A stretch of 64,000 bases of DNA, taken from positions 96,001-160,000 of the forward strand of contig CAVSHO010000001.1 in NCBI GenBank assembly GCA_963727825.1, read 5' to 3'. The notes under the pieces were generated by a model. That model saw only the letters and a program-made list of their open reading frames with translations, was not told the origin of the DNA and did no database searches. Made by a program: the position numbers and the translations under genes. Below are positions 51,751 to 60,512 of this stretch, in pieces; the stretch's first letter is position 1; each line of letters opens with the position of its first letter. The DNA comes from Ignavibacteriota bacterium (GTDB lineage Bacteria; Bacteroidota; Ignavibacteria; UBA10030).

Positions 51751-52914
51751 ATGAAGATTCACGAATATCAAGGAAAAGAAGTCCTAAGAAAGTTTGGAGT
51801 TCCTGTTCCCAAAGGAGAAGTGGCATTCACGATTGATGATGCTGTGAAAGCGGCTGAGAAAATCGGCGGAAGCATATGGGTTGTCAAAGCGCAAATTCAA
51901 GCTGGCGGACGCGGCAAAGGCGGCGGTGTTAAAATAGCTCGAAGTTTAGAAGAAGTTCGCGAGCGCGCCGGTGAAATTCTCGGCATGCGCCTCATTACGC
52001 ATCAAACAGGACCGGAAGGGCGCATCGTCCGTCGCTTACTTGTTGAGCAAGGGATGAATATTGCAAAGGAAATGTATGTAGGCATTACGCTGGATCGTCA
52101 GCGCTCGCAAAATGTTGTCATGGTCTCGACGGAAGGCGGAGTGGAGATTGAAAAGGTCGCTGTCGAAGCGCCGGATAAAATATTGAAAGAAACAATCAAT
52201 CCTGTAATCGGATTTCAACAGTTTCAAGCTCGGACACTTTGCTTCGGCCTCGGGCTAACAGGCGATGCATTTAAAAACGGAGTCAAATTTTTATTAGCTC
52301 TCTACAAAGCATATGAAGCTACCGATGCGTCTTTGGCTGAAATTAATCCGCTCGTCATTACGCAGGAAGGGCATGTCGTTGCGCTCGATGCTAAAATCAA
52401 CTTTGATGACAACGCGCTTTTCCGCCATCCGGAATACGAGCAATTGCGCGATATTGATGAAGAAGAACCCCTTGAAGTGGAAGCCGCTGCATCCAATCTT
52501 AATTATATAAAACTCGATGGCAATGTCGGCTGTATGGTTAATGGTGCCGGGCTTGCAATGGCGACAATGGATATTATCAAGCTTGCGGGCGGAATGCCTG
52601 CGAACTTTCTTGATGTAGGCGGCGGCGCAAGCGCAGAGACGGTGGAAGCCGGATTTAAAATTATTTTGAAAGATGAGAATGTTAAAGCCATTCTTATTAA
52701 TATTTTTGGTGGTATTGTACGTTGCGATCGTGTTGCGACTGGGGTTGTAGAAGCTGCGAAAAATATCGATGTGCAAGTTCCTATCGTCGTACGTCTCGCC
52801 GGAACGAACGCCGAACTCGCAGCTGAGATTTTGAAAAGCTCTGGATTAAAATTTCTTGTCGCTGGAACGTTAAAAGAAGCAGCAGAGAAAGTAACAAGTG
52901 CTATTGCGGCGTGA
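51751..52914 (+). CDS. sucC: Succinyl-CoA synthetase beta subunit
   Basis: IHEYQGK, AGGRGKGGGV, EINPL, VNGAGLAMATMD, NFLDVGGG, NIFGGIVRCD. Confidence 0.96.
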   Translation: MKIHEYQGKEVLRKFGVPVPKGEVAFTIDDAVKAAEKIGGSIWVVKAQIQAGGRGKGGGVKIARSLEEVRERAGEILGMRLITHQTGPEGRIVRRLLVEQGMNIAKEMYVGITLDRQRSQNVVMVSTEGGVEIEKVAVEAPDKILKETINPVIGFQQFQARTLCFGLGLTGDAFKNGVKFLLALYKAYEATDASLAEINPLVITQEGHVVALDAKINFDDNALFRHPEYEQLRDIDEEEPLEVEAAASNLNYIKLDGNVGCMVNGAGLAMATMDIIKLAGGMPANFLDVGGGASAETVEAGFKIILKDENVKAILINIFGGIVRCDRVATGVVEAAKNIDVQVPIVVRLAGTNAELAAEILKSSGLKFLVAGTLKEAAEKVTSAIAA

Positions 52915-52923
52915 AGAAAGTTA

Positions 52924-52951
52924 TGAGTGACCAGTGATGAGTGATCATTGG
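52924..52951 (+). repeat. NNAGTGA heptamer array
   Basis: TGAGTGA CCAGTGA TGAGTGA TCATTGG; CAGTGATGAGTGA identical to 41138-41150. Confidence 0.6.
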
Positions 52952-52962
52952 ATAAAAGTGAA

Positions 52963-53166
52963 ATGATGAAACGATCTATAAAAACGGTTGTTCATAAATA
53001 TCAATTAGGCAAAGAACCGAATAATTTTTCCTATTGGCGGAGACAGAGAGTTTCGCGTCGACTTTCCACCGCAGAGGAACTACGTAATTTATTTATCACA
53101 ATGAATTATGGAACTCGACCAAAATTTCAAAGAGTTTGTCGAATTATTAAACCGAAACAGAGTTGA
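52963..53166 (+). CDS. Small basic protein, probable partner of the downstream nucleotidyltransferase (TA-like pair)
   Basis: YWRRQ..RRLSTAEELR..KFQRVCRII; overlaps the start of the next gene. Confidence 0.55.
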   Translation: MMKRSIKTVVHKYQLGKEPNNFSYWRRQRVSRRLSTAEELRNLFITMNYGTRPKFQRVCRIIKPKQS

Positions 53167-53589
53167 ATATTTAATCGTTGGCGGTTATGCAGTTATTGCA
53201 CATGGTTACCCAAGGTCTACCGGTGATCTCGATGTATGGGTAAATCCGACACAATCGAACGCAAAAAAAGTTCTTCATGTATTAAAAGAGTTTGGCTTTG
53301 AAAAATTAAAAACAACTGAAAAAGACTTATTCACAAAAAGGAACAATTCTACAGTTTGGATATGTACCGTTAAGGATTGACATTCTTACCGGTATTGATG
53401 GAGTTGAATTTGAAGAAGCTTTTCCCGAAAAGTTTTAAAAGAAGTATTATGGTATTTTAATCAATTTTATAGGTAAAGAGGCGCTCAAAAAAAAATAAAA
53501 TTAGCGCTGGTAGGAATAGAGATTTGGCAGATTTAGAAGAACTAAAAGAAAAAAACGAAAGAAATAATTTTTATCTCTCTACTCAATGA
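53108..53589 (+). pseudogene. Nucleotidyltransferase (DUF6036-like); frameshifted, with an in-frame TAA
   Basis: YLIVGGYAV..HGYPRSTGDLDVWV; downstream frames give PLRIDILTGIDGVEF and NKISAGRNRDLADLE. Confidence 0.72.
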
Positions 53590-53612
53590 CTCATAGACTC
53601 AACTACTTAAAT
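53581..53612 (+). repeat. ACTCANNN octamer array upstream of gatB
   Basis: ACTCAATG ACTCATAG ACTCAACT ACTTAAAT. Confidence 0.7.
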
Positions 53613-53653
53613 ACTTTTTTCCTTTTTCATTTGATACTTTTGCATTGAATACT

Positions 53654-55111
53654 ATGCCCTGGAATGAAAATTACGAACCTGTTATTGGACTTGAAGTCCA
53701 TGCAGAATTATTAACCAAGTCGAAAGCATTCTGCAGTTGTTCGACAAAATTTGGAAGTGATCCGAACTCTAACGTTTGTCCGGTCTGCCTTGGTATGCCG
53801 GGAGTGCTTCCTGTTTTGAACAAAAACCTTGTTGAGTTCATTATGAGGATGGGTTTGGCGACAAACTGTACCATCGCGCCTAAATCTATCTTTGCCAGAA
53901 AAAATTATTTTTATCCGGATTTGCCAAAAGGTTATCAGATATCGCAGTATGAAGAACCGATATGTGCAAACGGTTGGCTGGATGTTGAACTGAAGGATGG
54001 AACGATAAGGCGAATCGGCATAACACGAATTCATATGGAAGAAGATGCTGGCAAATCGATTCACGATCAGGACACAGATACTCTTGTGGATGTGAACCGG
54101 TGCGGCGTTCCACTTATCGAGATCGTTAGTGAACCCGATATGCATACGCCGCATGAGGCATATCAGTATCTTTATATGATTCGCCAGATCGTTACATATC
54201 TTGGCATCTGTGATGGCAATATGGAAGAAGGAAGTCTTCGGTGCGATGCGAATGTTTCTGTCCGAAAAAAAGGCGAAACAAAATTAGGAACAAAACTTGA
54301 AGTAAAGAATTTGAATTCTTTTCGCTTTGTTGAGAAAGCGCTCGAATATGAAATCAATCGTCAAATAGAGGCACTTGAAAATGGAGAACAGATAATTCAA
54401 CAGACATTACTCTGGGATGCCGATAAAGGAGTTTGCGTTCCGATGCGCATGAAAGAGGAAGCACATGATTATCGCTACTTCCCCGATCCTGATTTAGTGC
54501 CCGTGCTGGTAAATCAAGAGTGGATAGATGATGTGAAAGCAAAGCTGCCGGAGCTCCCGATTGTTCGGCGCGATCGCTACATCAGAGAATTCAAATTACC
54601 AAAGTACGATGCCGATATTATTACCACAGAGCGCGAACTGGCGGACTATTTTGATGGGATCATTGAAAACCTAAAAAAGAAGGATGAAGAATCATACAAG
54701 ATCGCAAGCAATTGGACGATGGGAGACGTTTTGCGTGTAGTTAATGATCAGCATATTGCGGTTTCAGATTTCCCGATTACGCCGAAGAATCTCTCCGATA
54801 TGATCAATCTTATTATTGATAGCACTATCAGCGGCAAGATTGCCAAAGATATCTTTGAGGAAATGCTGAAAACAAAAGAATCGCCCAAAGCGATTGTCGA
54901 GAAGAAGGGCTTAGTGCAAGTAAGTGATGTTTCTGCAATCGAAAAAGTAATTGATGAAATTCTCGCGAACAACCAGGGACAGGTTGAGCAATATAAAAGT
55001 GGGAAGCAGCAGGTCTTCGGTTTCTTTGTTGGACAAACAATGAAGGCAATGAAGGGGAAAGCAAATCCGAAAGTGGTAAATGAGGTGTTACAGCGGAAGC
55101 TGAGTCTATGA
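53654..55111 (+). CDS. gatB: Asp/Glu-tRNA amidotransferase subunit B
   Basis: [48 protein letters not shown]. Confidence 0.97.
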   Translation: MPWNENYEPVIGLEVHAELLTKSKAFCSCSTKFGSDPNSNVCPVCLGMPGVLPVLNKNLVEFIMRMGLATNCTIAPKSIFARKNYFYPDLPKGYQISQYEEPICANGWLDVELKDGTIRRIGITRIHMEEDAGKSIHDQDTDTLVDVNRCGVPLIEIVSEPDMHTPHEAYQYLYMIRQIVTYLGICDGNMEEGSLRCDANVSVRKKGETKLGTKLEVKNLNSFRFVEKALEYEINRQIEALENGEQIIQQTLLWDADKGVCVPMRMKEEAHDYRYFPDPDLVPVLVNQEWIDDVKAKLPELPIVRRDRYIREFKLPKYDADIITTERELADYFDGIIENLKKKDEESYKIASNWTMGDVLRVVNDQHIAVSDFPITPKNLSDMINLIIDSTISGKIAKDIFEEMLKTKESPKAIVEKKGLVQVSDVSAIEKVIDEILANNQGQVEQYKSGKQQVFGFFVGQTMKAMKGKANPKVVNEVLQRKLSL

Positions 55112-55144
55112 GTCGTTGAGTTTTTGAGTCATTGAGTTGTTGAG
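55101..55144 (+). repeat. TGAGTNNN octamer array, left flank of four-helix-bundle gene, overlapping the gatB stop
   Basis: TGAGTCTA TGAGTCGT TGAGTTTT TGAGTCAT TGAGTTGT TGAG. Confidence 0.8.
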
Positions 55145-55170
55145 GTAAGATATTAAAGTGAATAGATAGA

Positions 55171-55524
55171 ATGAATCGGTTTAAGAATTTAAGAGTTTAT
55201 GAGAAAGCACTTGACTATTCATTTGCTGTTCGTCAATGTGTAAGGAAATTTCCGAAGGAAGAAATGTTTGGATTAATCTCTCAATGGCGAAGAGCAGCAG
55301 ACTCAATTGTTTTAAATATTGCAGAAGGCGCAGGAAATTCATCAAAATTGGAATATGCCAGGTTCTTGGATATTGCTATTCGTTCCGGGTTTGAATGTTT
55401 AGCTTGTTTAGATATCGCGATTCGGAGTAAATATGTAGATAAAATAAATTATGACGAACTCTCTTCTCAGACAAATGAAATTATTGCCATGCTGGATGGA
55501 TTGAAAAAAGCAATCAAGAAATAA
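55171..55524 (+). CDS. Four helix bundle protein (23S rRNA-IVP / Avd-like)
   Basis: FKNLRVYEKA, FPKEEMFGLISQWRRAADSIVLNIAEG, FLDIAIRSGFE. Confidence 0.9.
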   Translation: MNRFKNLRVYEKALDYSFAVRQCVRKFPKEEMFGLISQWRRAADSIVLNIAEGAGNSSKLEYARFLDIAIRSGFECLACLDIAIRSKYVDKINYDELSSQTNEIIAMLDGLKKAIKK

Positions 55525-55525
55525 T

Positions 55526-55558
55526 ACTCATAGACTCAACGACTAATTACTCAAAGAC
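55526..55558 (+). repeat. ACTCANNG octamer array, right flank, complementary to 55101-55144
   Basis: ACTCATAG ACTCAACG ACTAATT ACTCAAAG AC. Confidence 0.8.
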
Positions 55559-55576
55559 ATAAATAAAGGATTAACA

Positions 55577-56335
55577 ATGCGAAACAAAGTAATTGCAGGT
55601 AACTGGAAAATGTACAAAGATCTAAATGAATCAACAGAACTTTTAAACGGTCTTAAAACGAAACTTACTGTGCTGCCAAACGGTGTGAAGGCGATTGTGT
55701 GCCCGCCTTATGTCTCGCTTGCATTTGCGCAAAAATTGCTCGAAGGCAGTCCAATCGCGCTCGGTGCACAGAATATGTATCACGAGGATGAAGGCGCTTT
55801 CACGGGTGAAGTCTCGCCGAAAATGTTGAAATCTGCCGGATGCCAATATGTAATCATCGGACATTCAGAGAGACGGCAGTATTTCAAAGAGACGAATGAA
55901 TTTATCAACAAGAAAGCCAAGAAAGCTCTTGCCTCCGGATTGATTCCAATAATTTGCGTGGGCGAAACATTGGATGAACGCGAAAAGAATATTACCGATC
56001 AGATTGTAAGCGTGCAGGTGAAAGGATGTTTGAAAGATATTCCGGCCGCTGATGTCGAGAAGCTGATCATCGCATACGAGCCGGTGTGGGCAATTGGTAC
56101 CGGTAAAGTCGCAACTCCGCAGCAAGCGCAGGAAGTGCACCAGCTTATTCGCAAACTCATCGGGCAAATATATAGCTGGGCAACTGCCGAGAAAGTTATT
56201 CTTCAATACGGCGGCAGCGTGAAACCGGAAAACGCAAAAGAATTGTTGCATCAACCAGACATCGACGGCGCACTTGTCGGCGGTGCTTGCCTAAAAGCAG
56301 ATTCGTTTGCAGCGATTGTGCAGGCAGCAGTTTAA
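55577..56335 (+). CDS. tpiA: Triosephosphate isomerase
   Basis: AGNWKM, GHSERR, AYEPVWAIGTG, YGGSVK, LVGGA. Confidence 0.97.
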   Translation: MRNKVIAGNWKMYKDLNESTELLNGLKTKLTVLPNGVKAIVCPPYVSLAFAQKLLEGSPIALGAQNMYHEDEGAFTGEVSPKMLKSAGCQYVIIGHSERRQYFKETNEFINKKAKKALASGLIPIICVGETLDEREKNITDQIVSVQVKGCLKDIPAADVEKLIIAYEPVWAIGTGKVATPQQAQEVHQLIRKLIGQIYSWATAEKVILQYGGSVKPENAKELLHQPDIDGALVGGACLKADSFAAIVQAAV

Positions 56336-56363
56336 TCTTTCGTTTTACGTAATAGTACTAAAT

Positions 56364-56400
56364 GGCAACTTTCATAGCAGGGGAGTTGCCTTTTGTTTTT
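56364..56400 (+). terminator. Rho-independent terminator after tpiA
   Basis: GGCAACTTTC-loop-GGGAGTTGCC followed by TTTTGTTTTT. Confidence 0.7.
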
Positions 56401-56460
56401 CTCTACTAATCAGTAAATTGAATTATAAACAACCTATAACACATCTCGTGAGGTGCCGCT

Positions 56461-59400
56461 ATGACACGCCGCTTCGTTCTGTTTTTTTCATGTTTGCTAT
56501 TTATTCTCTACAGCATGTTCGCGCAGGAGTCGCGTTTACTCCGGTTTCCTGCTATCCATGGAAATCAAATTGTATTTACCTACGCCGGTGATCTCTACGC
56601 GGTCGCGGCAACAGGAGGTGTTGCCCGTAAATTGACAAACGATGTCGGTTTTGAAATGTTTGCTCATTTTTCGCCCGATGGAAAACAAATCGCTTTTACA
56701 GGTCAATACGACGGGAACACTGAAGTGTATCTCATGCCAGCAGAAGGTGGAGTGCCGAAACGACTAACATTTACCGCGACACTCGGCCGCGATGATGTTT
56801 CCGATCGTATGGGACCAAACAATATTGTCATGGGCTGGAAAGATGATAAACACGTTGTCTTTCGTTCGCGGTGGACCGAGTTTAATGATTTTAAAGGACA
56901 ATTGTACCTCGCATCGGTCGAGGGAGGAATTCCTGAACAACTCCCGCTGCCGCGCGGCGGATTTTGTTCCTACTCTCCCGATGGAAAAAAACTTGCCTAC
57001 AACCGGGTGTTCCGTGAATTCAGAACGTGGAAGCGATATCGCGGCGGTCAGGCCGACGATATCTGGATCTATGATTTTGAAACCAAACAGACGATCAACA
57101 TCACCAATAATCCTGCACAGGATATTTTCCCGATGTGGAGCGGGAATATGATATATTTTATTTCTGATCGCGACGAGAACAAGAGGATGAACCTTTACTC
57201 GTACGATTTGAATACGAAGGAGACAAAGAAGCTTACAGATTTCACAGAGTATGATGTCAAGTTTCCGTCGCTCGGCGATCATGCGATCGTATTCGAAAAT
57301 GGCGGCTTCATCTATACATATGATTTCGCAAGCGGAAAAACAGAAAAGGTCACGATCTCCATTAATGATGATTTCGACGGTGGCCGCGGCGGATTGGTGG
57401 ATGTAAGTAAGAATATTACAAATTACGAAATTGCTCCCGACGGCAGCCGGGCATTATTCGGTGCACGGGGCGATATCTTTACCGTACCAGTGAAGTACGG
57501 CAACGTCCGCAATTTGACGAAAACCCCTGGCGTCCATGAGCGTAATTCCAAATGGTCGCCGGATGGTAAATCGATTGCGTACATCTCCGATGCAAGTGGA
57601 GAAGATGAGATTTATGTGATGCCGCAAGACGGAAACGGAACACCGACCCAGATTACTACAAAAGGCGATGTCTATAAATATTACCTTCTCTGGTCTCCGG
57701 ATTCGAAAAAAATACTGTGGGCGGATAAGCAGCAGAGGCTGCAATATATTGATCTTGAGTCGAAGAAAGTGACGCTGATAATGCAGTCGAGGGTGTGGGA
57801 GTTCACTGATTATGCGTGGTCGCCCGACAGCAAGTGGATTGCATTCGCAAAGCCGGAAGAAGAAGTCATGACGAAACTTTGTTTGTATTCCCTAGAAACT
57901 CAGCAAGTGATCGAAGTAACGGATGGTTGGTTCTCATCCTATGAACCCGCATTCAGCTCGGATGGAAAGTACATCTTTTTTGTATCCAACCGGACATTTA
58001 ACCCATCATACAGTCAAACAGAATGGAATCACGCCTACTTCGATATGGCGAAGATATATTTGCTGACGCTGTCGAAGGAGACAAAATCGCCATTCGAGCC
58101 GAAGAGCGATGAAGTGAAGATGCGGGAAGATAAGTCCGGGAAGTCGGAAGAAAAATCCGACAAAAAGAAGGATGAGAAAAAAGAAGTAGTTGTAAAAGTA
58201 GATGTAGATGGAATTCAGGGGCGCGTAACTGTGCTGCCTATTATCGGTTCGCGCTATCAGAATATCCAATCGGTGGAAGAAAAAGTTTATTATATCAGGC
58301 ACGGTATAAAAGATGAGAAATCAAAATTGTTCCTTTATGACTTGGACAAGCAAAAGGAAACCGAACTTGGCGATATAAATGGGTTTGAAATTTCAGCCGA
58401 CGGAAAAAAGATGCTTGTGGGACAGGAAAAATCTTACGCGATTATCGATCTCCCGACAGCGAAGTTAGAGATCAAGGAAAAACTGGACCTTTCCGACATG
58501 AAGGTAAAACTTGATCATCATGCGGAATGGATGCAAATCTATAACGAGTGCTGGCGGCAAATGCGTGATTTCTTCTTTGCCCCAAATATGAATGGCGTCG
58601 ATTGGGCAGGTATAAAAAAGAAATACGAAGTGCTGGTACCGTTTGTTAATCATCGGGCCGATCTTACATATATTATAGGTGAAATGATTGGTGAACTAAA
58701 TTCTGGACACACATATGTTGGTGGCGGGGATATGCCGAAAGCAGAACGCATCCAAACCGGATTGCTAGGCGCAAAAATTGAACGTGATGCGAAATCGGGT
58801 TACTACCGTATCGTTAAAATTTTGAAAGGCCAGAACTGGGATCAACAAGTTCGCTCGCCGTTGACAGAAATCGGCGTGAGCGCAAAAGAAGGCGACTATA
58901 TACTCGCCGTGGATGGCAAGCCGACAAACCAGATGACGGACATATATGAATCACTTGTCAATACCGTCGGGAAACAGGTGAAGTTGAAACTTAATACCGA
59001 ACCTAAAGACGCTGGCGCTCATGAGACAACCGTTATTCCAACTGGGAATGAACAACCGCTCTATTATTACAACTGGGTTCAGACGAACATCGAAAAAGTT
59101 TCCAAGGCAACGGACGGCAAAATAGGATATGTTCATGTGCCGGATATGGGAGTGCCGGGTCTCAATGAATTTGTGAAGTACTATTATCCACAGCTCCGTA
59201 AAGAAGGTCTCATTATTGATTGCCGCGGGAACGGCGGTGGTAATGTATCGCCGCAAATCATCGAACGGTTGCAGCGTAACATCGCTATGATTGATATTGC
59301 ACGCAACGGCTCTCCTGAGATCGATCCGGACGGAACAGTGCTCGGTCCGAAAGTTTTACTAATCGATGAATTCTCCGCATCCGATGGCGATATTGTTAGT

Positions 59401-59724
59401 TATCGCTTCCGGCAAGCAAAGCTGGGAAAGATAATCGGGAAACGCTCGTGGGGCGGTGTGGTGGGAATACGAGGGACGTTGCCGCTGCTCGACGGTGGGT
59501 TTATAAATAAACCGGAGTTCTCTCGTTACGATATCGAAGGCAAGGAATGGATTATGGAGGGTCACGGCGTCGATCCTGATATTGTCGTTGACAACGATCC
59601 CGCAAAGGAATTTGCGGGCGAAGATGAGCAACTAAACCGTGCCATTCAGCAGGCTCTGGATGAAATGAAGACGAAGCCGGCAAAACTCGCGCCGCCGCCG
59701 CCATATCCAGATAAGAGCAAATGA
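56461..59724 (+). CDS. Tricorn-like S41 protease (beta-propellers, PDZ)
   Basis: Signal peptide, SPDG repeats, GELNSGH, RGNGGG, SASDGD, GKRSWGG, GVDPDI. Confidence 0.92.
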   Translation: MTRRFVLFFSCLLFILYSMFAQESRLLRFPAIHGNQIVFTYAGDLYAVAATGGVARKLTNDVGFEMFAHFSPDGKQIAFTGQYDGNTEVYLMPAEGGVPKRLTFTATLGRDDVSDRMGPNNIVMGWKDDKHVVFRSRWTEFNDFKGQLYLASVEGGIPEQLPLPRGGFCSYSPDGKKLAYNRVFREFRTWKRYRGGQADDIWIYDFETKQTINITNNPAQDIFPMWSGNMIYFISDRDENKRMNLYSYDLNTKETKKLTDFTEYDVKFPSLGDHAIVFENGGFIYTYDFASGKTEKVTISINDDFDGGRGGLVDVSKNITNYEIAPDGSRALFGARGDIFTVPVKYGNVRNLTKTPGVHERNSKWSPDGKSIAYISDASGEDEIYVMPQDGNGTPTQITTKGDVYKYYLLWSPDSKKILWADKQQRLQYIDLESKKVTLIMQSRVWEFTDYAWSPDSKWIAFAKPEEEVMTKLCLYSLETQQVIEVTDGWFSSYEPAFSSDGKYIFFVSNRTFNPSYSQTEWNHAYFDMAKIYLLTLSKETKSPFEPKSDEVKMREDKSGKSEEKSDKKKDEKKEVVVKVDVDGIQGRVTVLPIIGSRYQNIQSVEEKVYYIRHGIKDEKSKLFLYDLDKQKETELGDINGFEISADGKKMLVGQEKSYAIIDLPTAKLEIKEKLDLSDMKVKLDHHAEWMQIYNECWRQMRDFFFAPNMNGVDWAGIKKKYEVLVPFVNHRADLTYIIGEMIGELNSGHTYVGGGDMPKAERIQTGLLGAKIERDAKSGYYRIVKILKGQNWDQQVRSPLTEIGVSAKEGDYILAVDGKPTNQMTDIYESLVNTVGKQVKLKLNTEPKDAGAHETTVIPTGNEQPLYYYNWVQTNIEKVSKATDGKIGYVHVPDMGVPGLNEFVKYYYPQLRKEGLIIDCRGNGGGNVSPQIIERLQRNIAMIDIARNGSPEIDPDGTVLGPKVLLIDEFSASDGDIVSYRFRQAKLGKIIGKRSWGGVVGIRGTLPLLDGGFINKPEFSRYDIEGKEWIMEGHGVDPDIVVDNDPAKEFAGEDEQLNRAIQQALDEMKTKPAKLAPPPPYPDKSK

Positions 59725-59732
59725 CAATTTTT

Positions 59733-59785
59733 AAAATTTTGAGGTCTATCCGAACAGCAGGTAGATAAACCTCGAGGATTTTTTT
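59733..59785 (+). terminator. Probable terminator after the tricorn gene
   Basis: GAGGTCTATC...GATAAACCTC imperfect stem followed by a T tract. Confidence 0.45.
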
Positions 59786-59832
59786 GTGATAAATCTGTCT
59801 CCAGTAAGCAAATGAATGGAACTTTTCGTATA

Positions 59833-59861
59833 TTTCGACTGTTTTACTGATATAGTCGAAA
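59833..59861. promoter_or_regulatory. Probable TetR operator
   Basis: TTTCGACT-13 bp-AGTCGAAA immediately upstream of the tetR GTG start. Confidence 0.55.
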
Positions 59862-59869
59862 GGACGAAT

Positions 59870-60490
59870 GTGGACGAAAAGCTTACGAGGGACAAAGAAG
59901 AACTTATTTTACAGGCTGCACAGCACCGCTTTGCTCTCTACGGTTATACGAAAGCAACGATGGACGAGATTGCCGAAGATATTGGTATGGCAAAGGCTTC
60001 TCTCTATTATTACTTCCCGACAAAAGAAACAATCTTCCGCTCTGTTGTTCAGCACGAACAGGCAGAATTTCTTTCCCATATACAAACGGTGATAGAAGAT
60101 AAATTTTTAGCCAGTCAAAAATTTTTAGAATACATCCGGCTTCGGGTCAAATTGACTGAGCAGTTAAATAATCTCAGTCCCATGCATCAACAAGGGTGGA
60201 ACGAAGTGCGGCCGATTTTTAAAGATATCTTTGCGGATTTTATCCAGCAGGAACTTCGCCGGATCACACAAATATTGCAAGAGGGAAAGAAGAATAATGA
60301 ATTTCAACTCGATCATCCGCAAAAAATTGCATTGATGATTCTGCATATACTTCAAGGACTGCATCTGAGGTTTTTCCGCGGATATGAGCATCAAGCAATC
60401 AATGATACTGATCGTCTGACCTATGAACACGACACACTTCTTTTTGCCGAGACCATACTACAGGGTCTTTGCAGGAAGTCAAAACATTAA
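59870..60490 (+). CDS. TetR/AcrR family regulator
   Basis: ILQAAQHRF..GY..TMDEIAEDIGMAKASLYYYFPTKE; GTG start after AAGGA. Confidence 0.92.
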   Translation: MDEKLTRDKEELILQAAQHRFALYGYTKATMDEIAEDIGMAKASLYYYFPTKETIFRSVVQHEQAEFLSHIQTVIEDKFLASQKFLEYIRLRVKLTEQLNNLSPMHQQGWNEVRPIFKDIFADFIQQELRRITQILQEGKKNNEFQLDHPQKIALMILHILQGLHLRFFRGYEHQAINDTDRLTYEHDTLLFAETILQGLCRKSKH

Positions 60491-60512
60491 TTCAATATAA
60501 GGATATTCTTTC

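Noticed and set aside
55101-55144. Octamer and heptamer arrays as CRISPR or DGR repeats
   Set aside because: The units are tandem with no spacers; no cas or reverse transcriptase gene and no TR/VR pair with adenine-specific mismatches were seen in the window.
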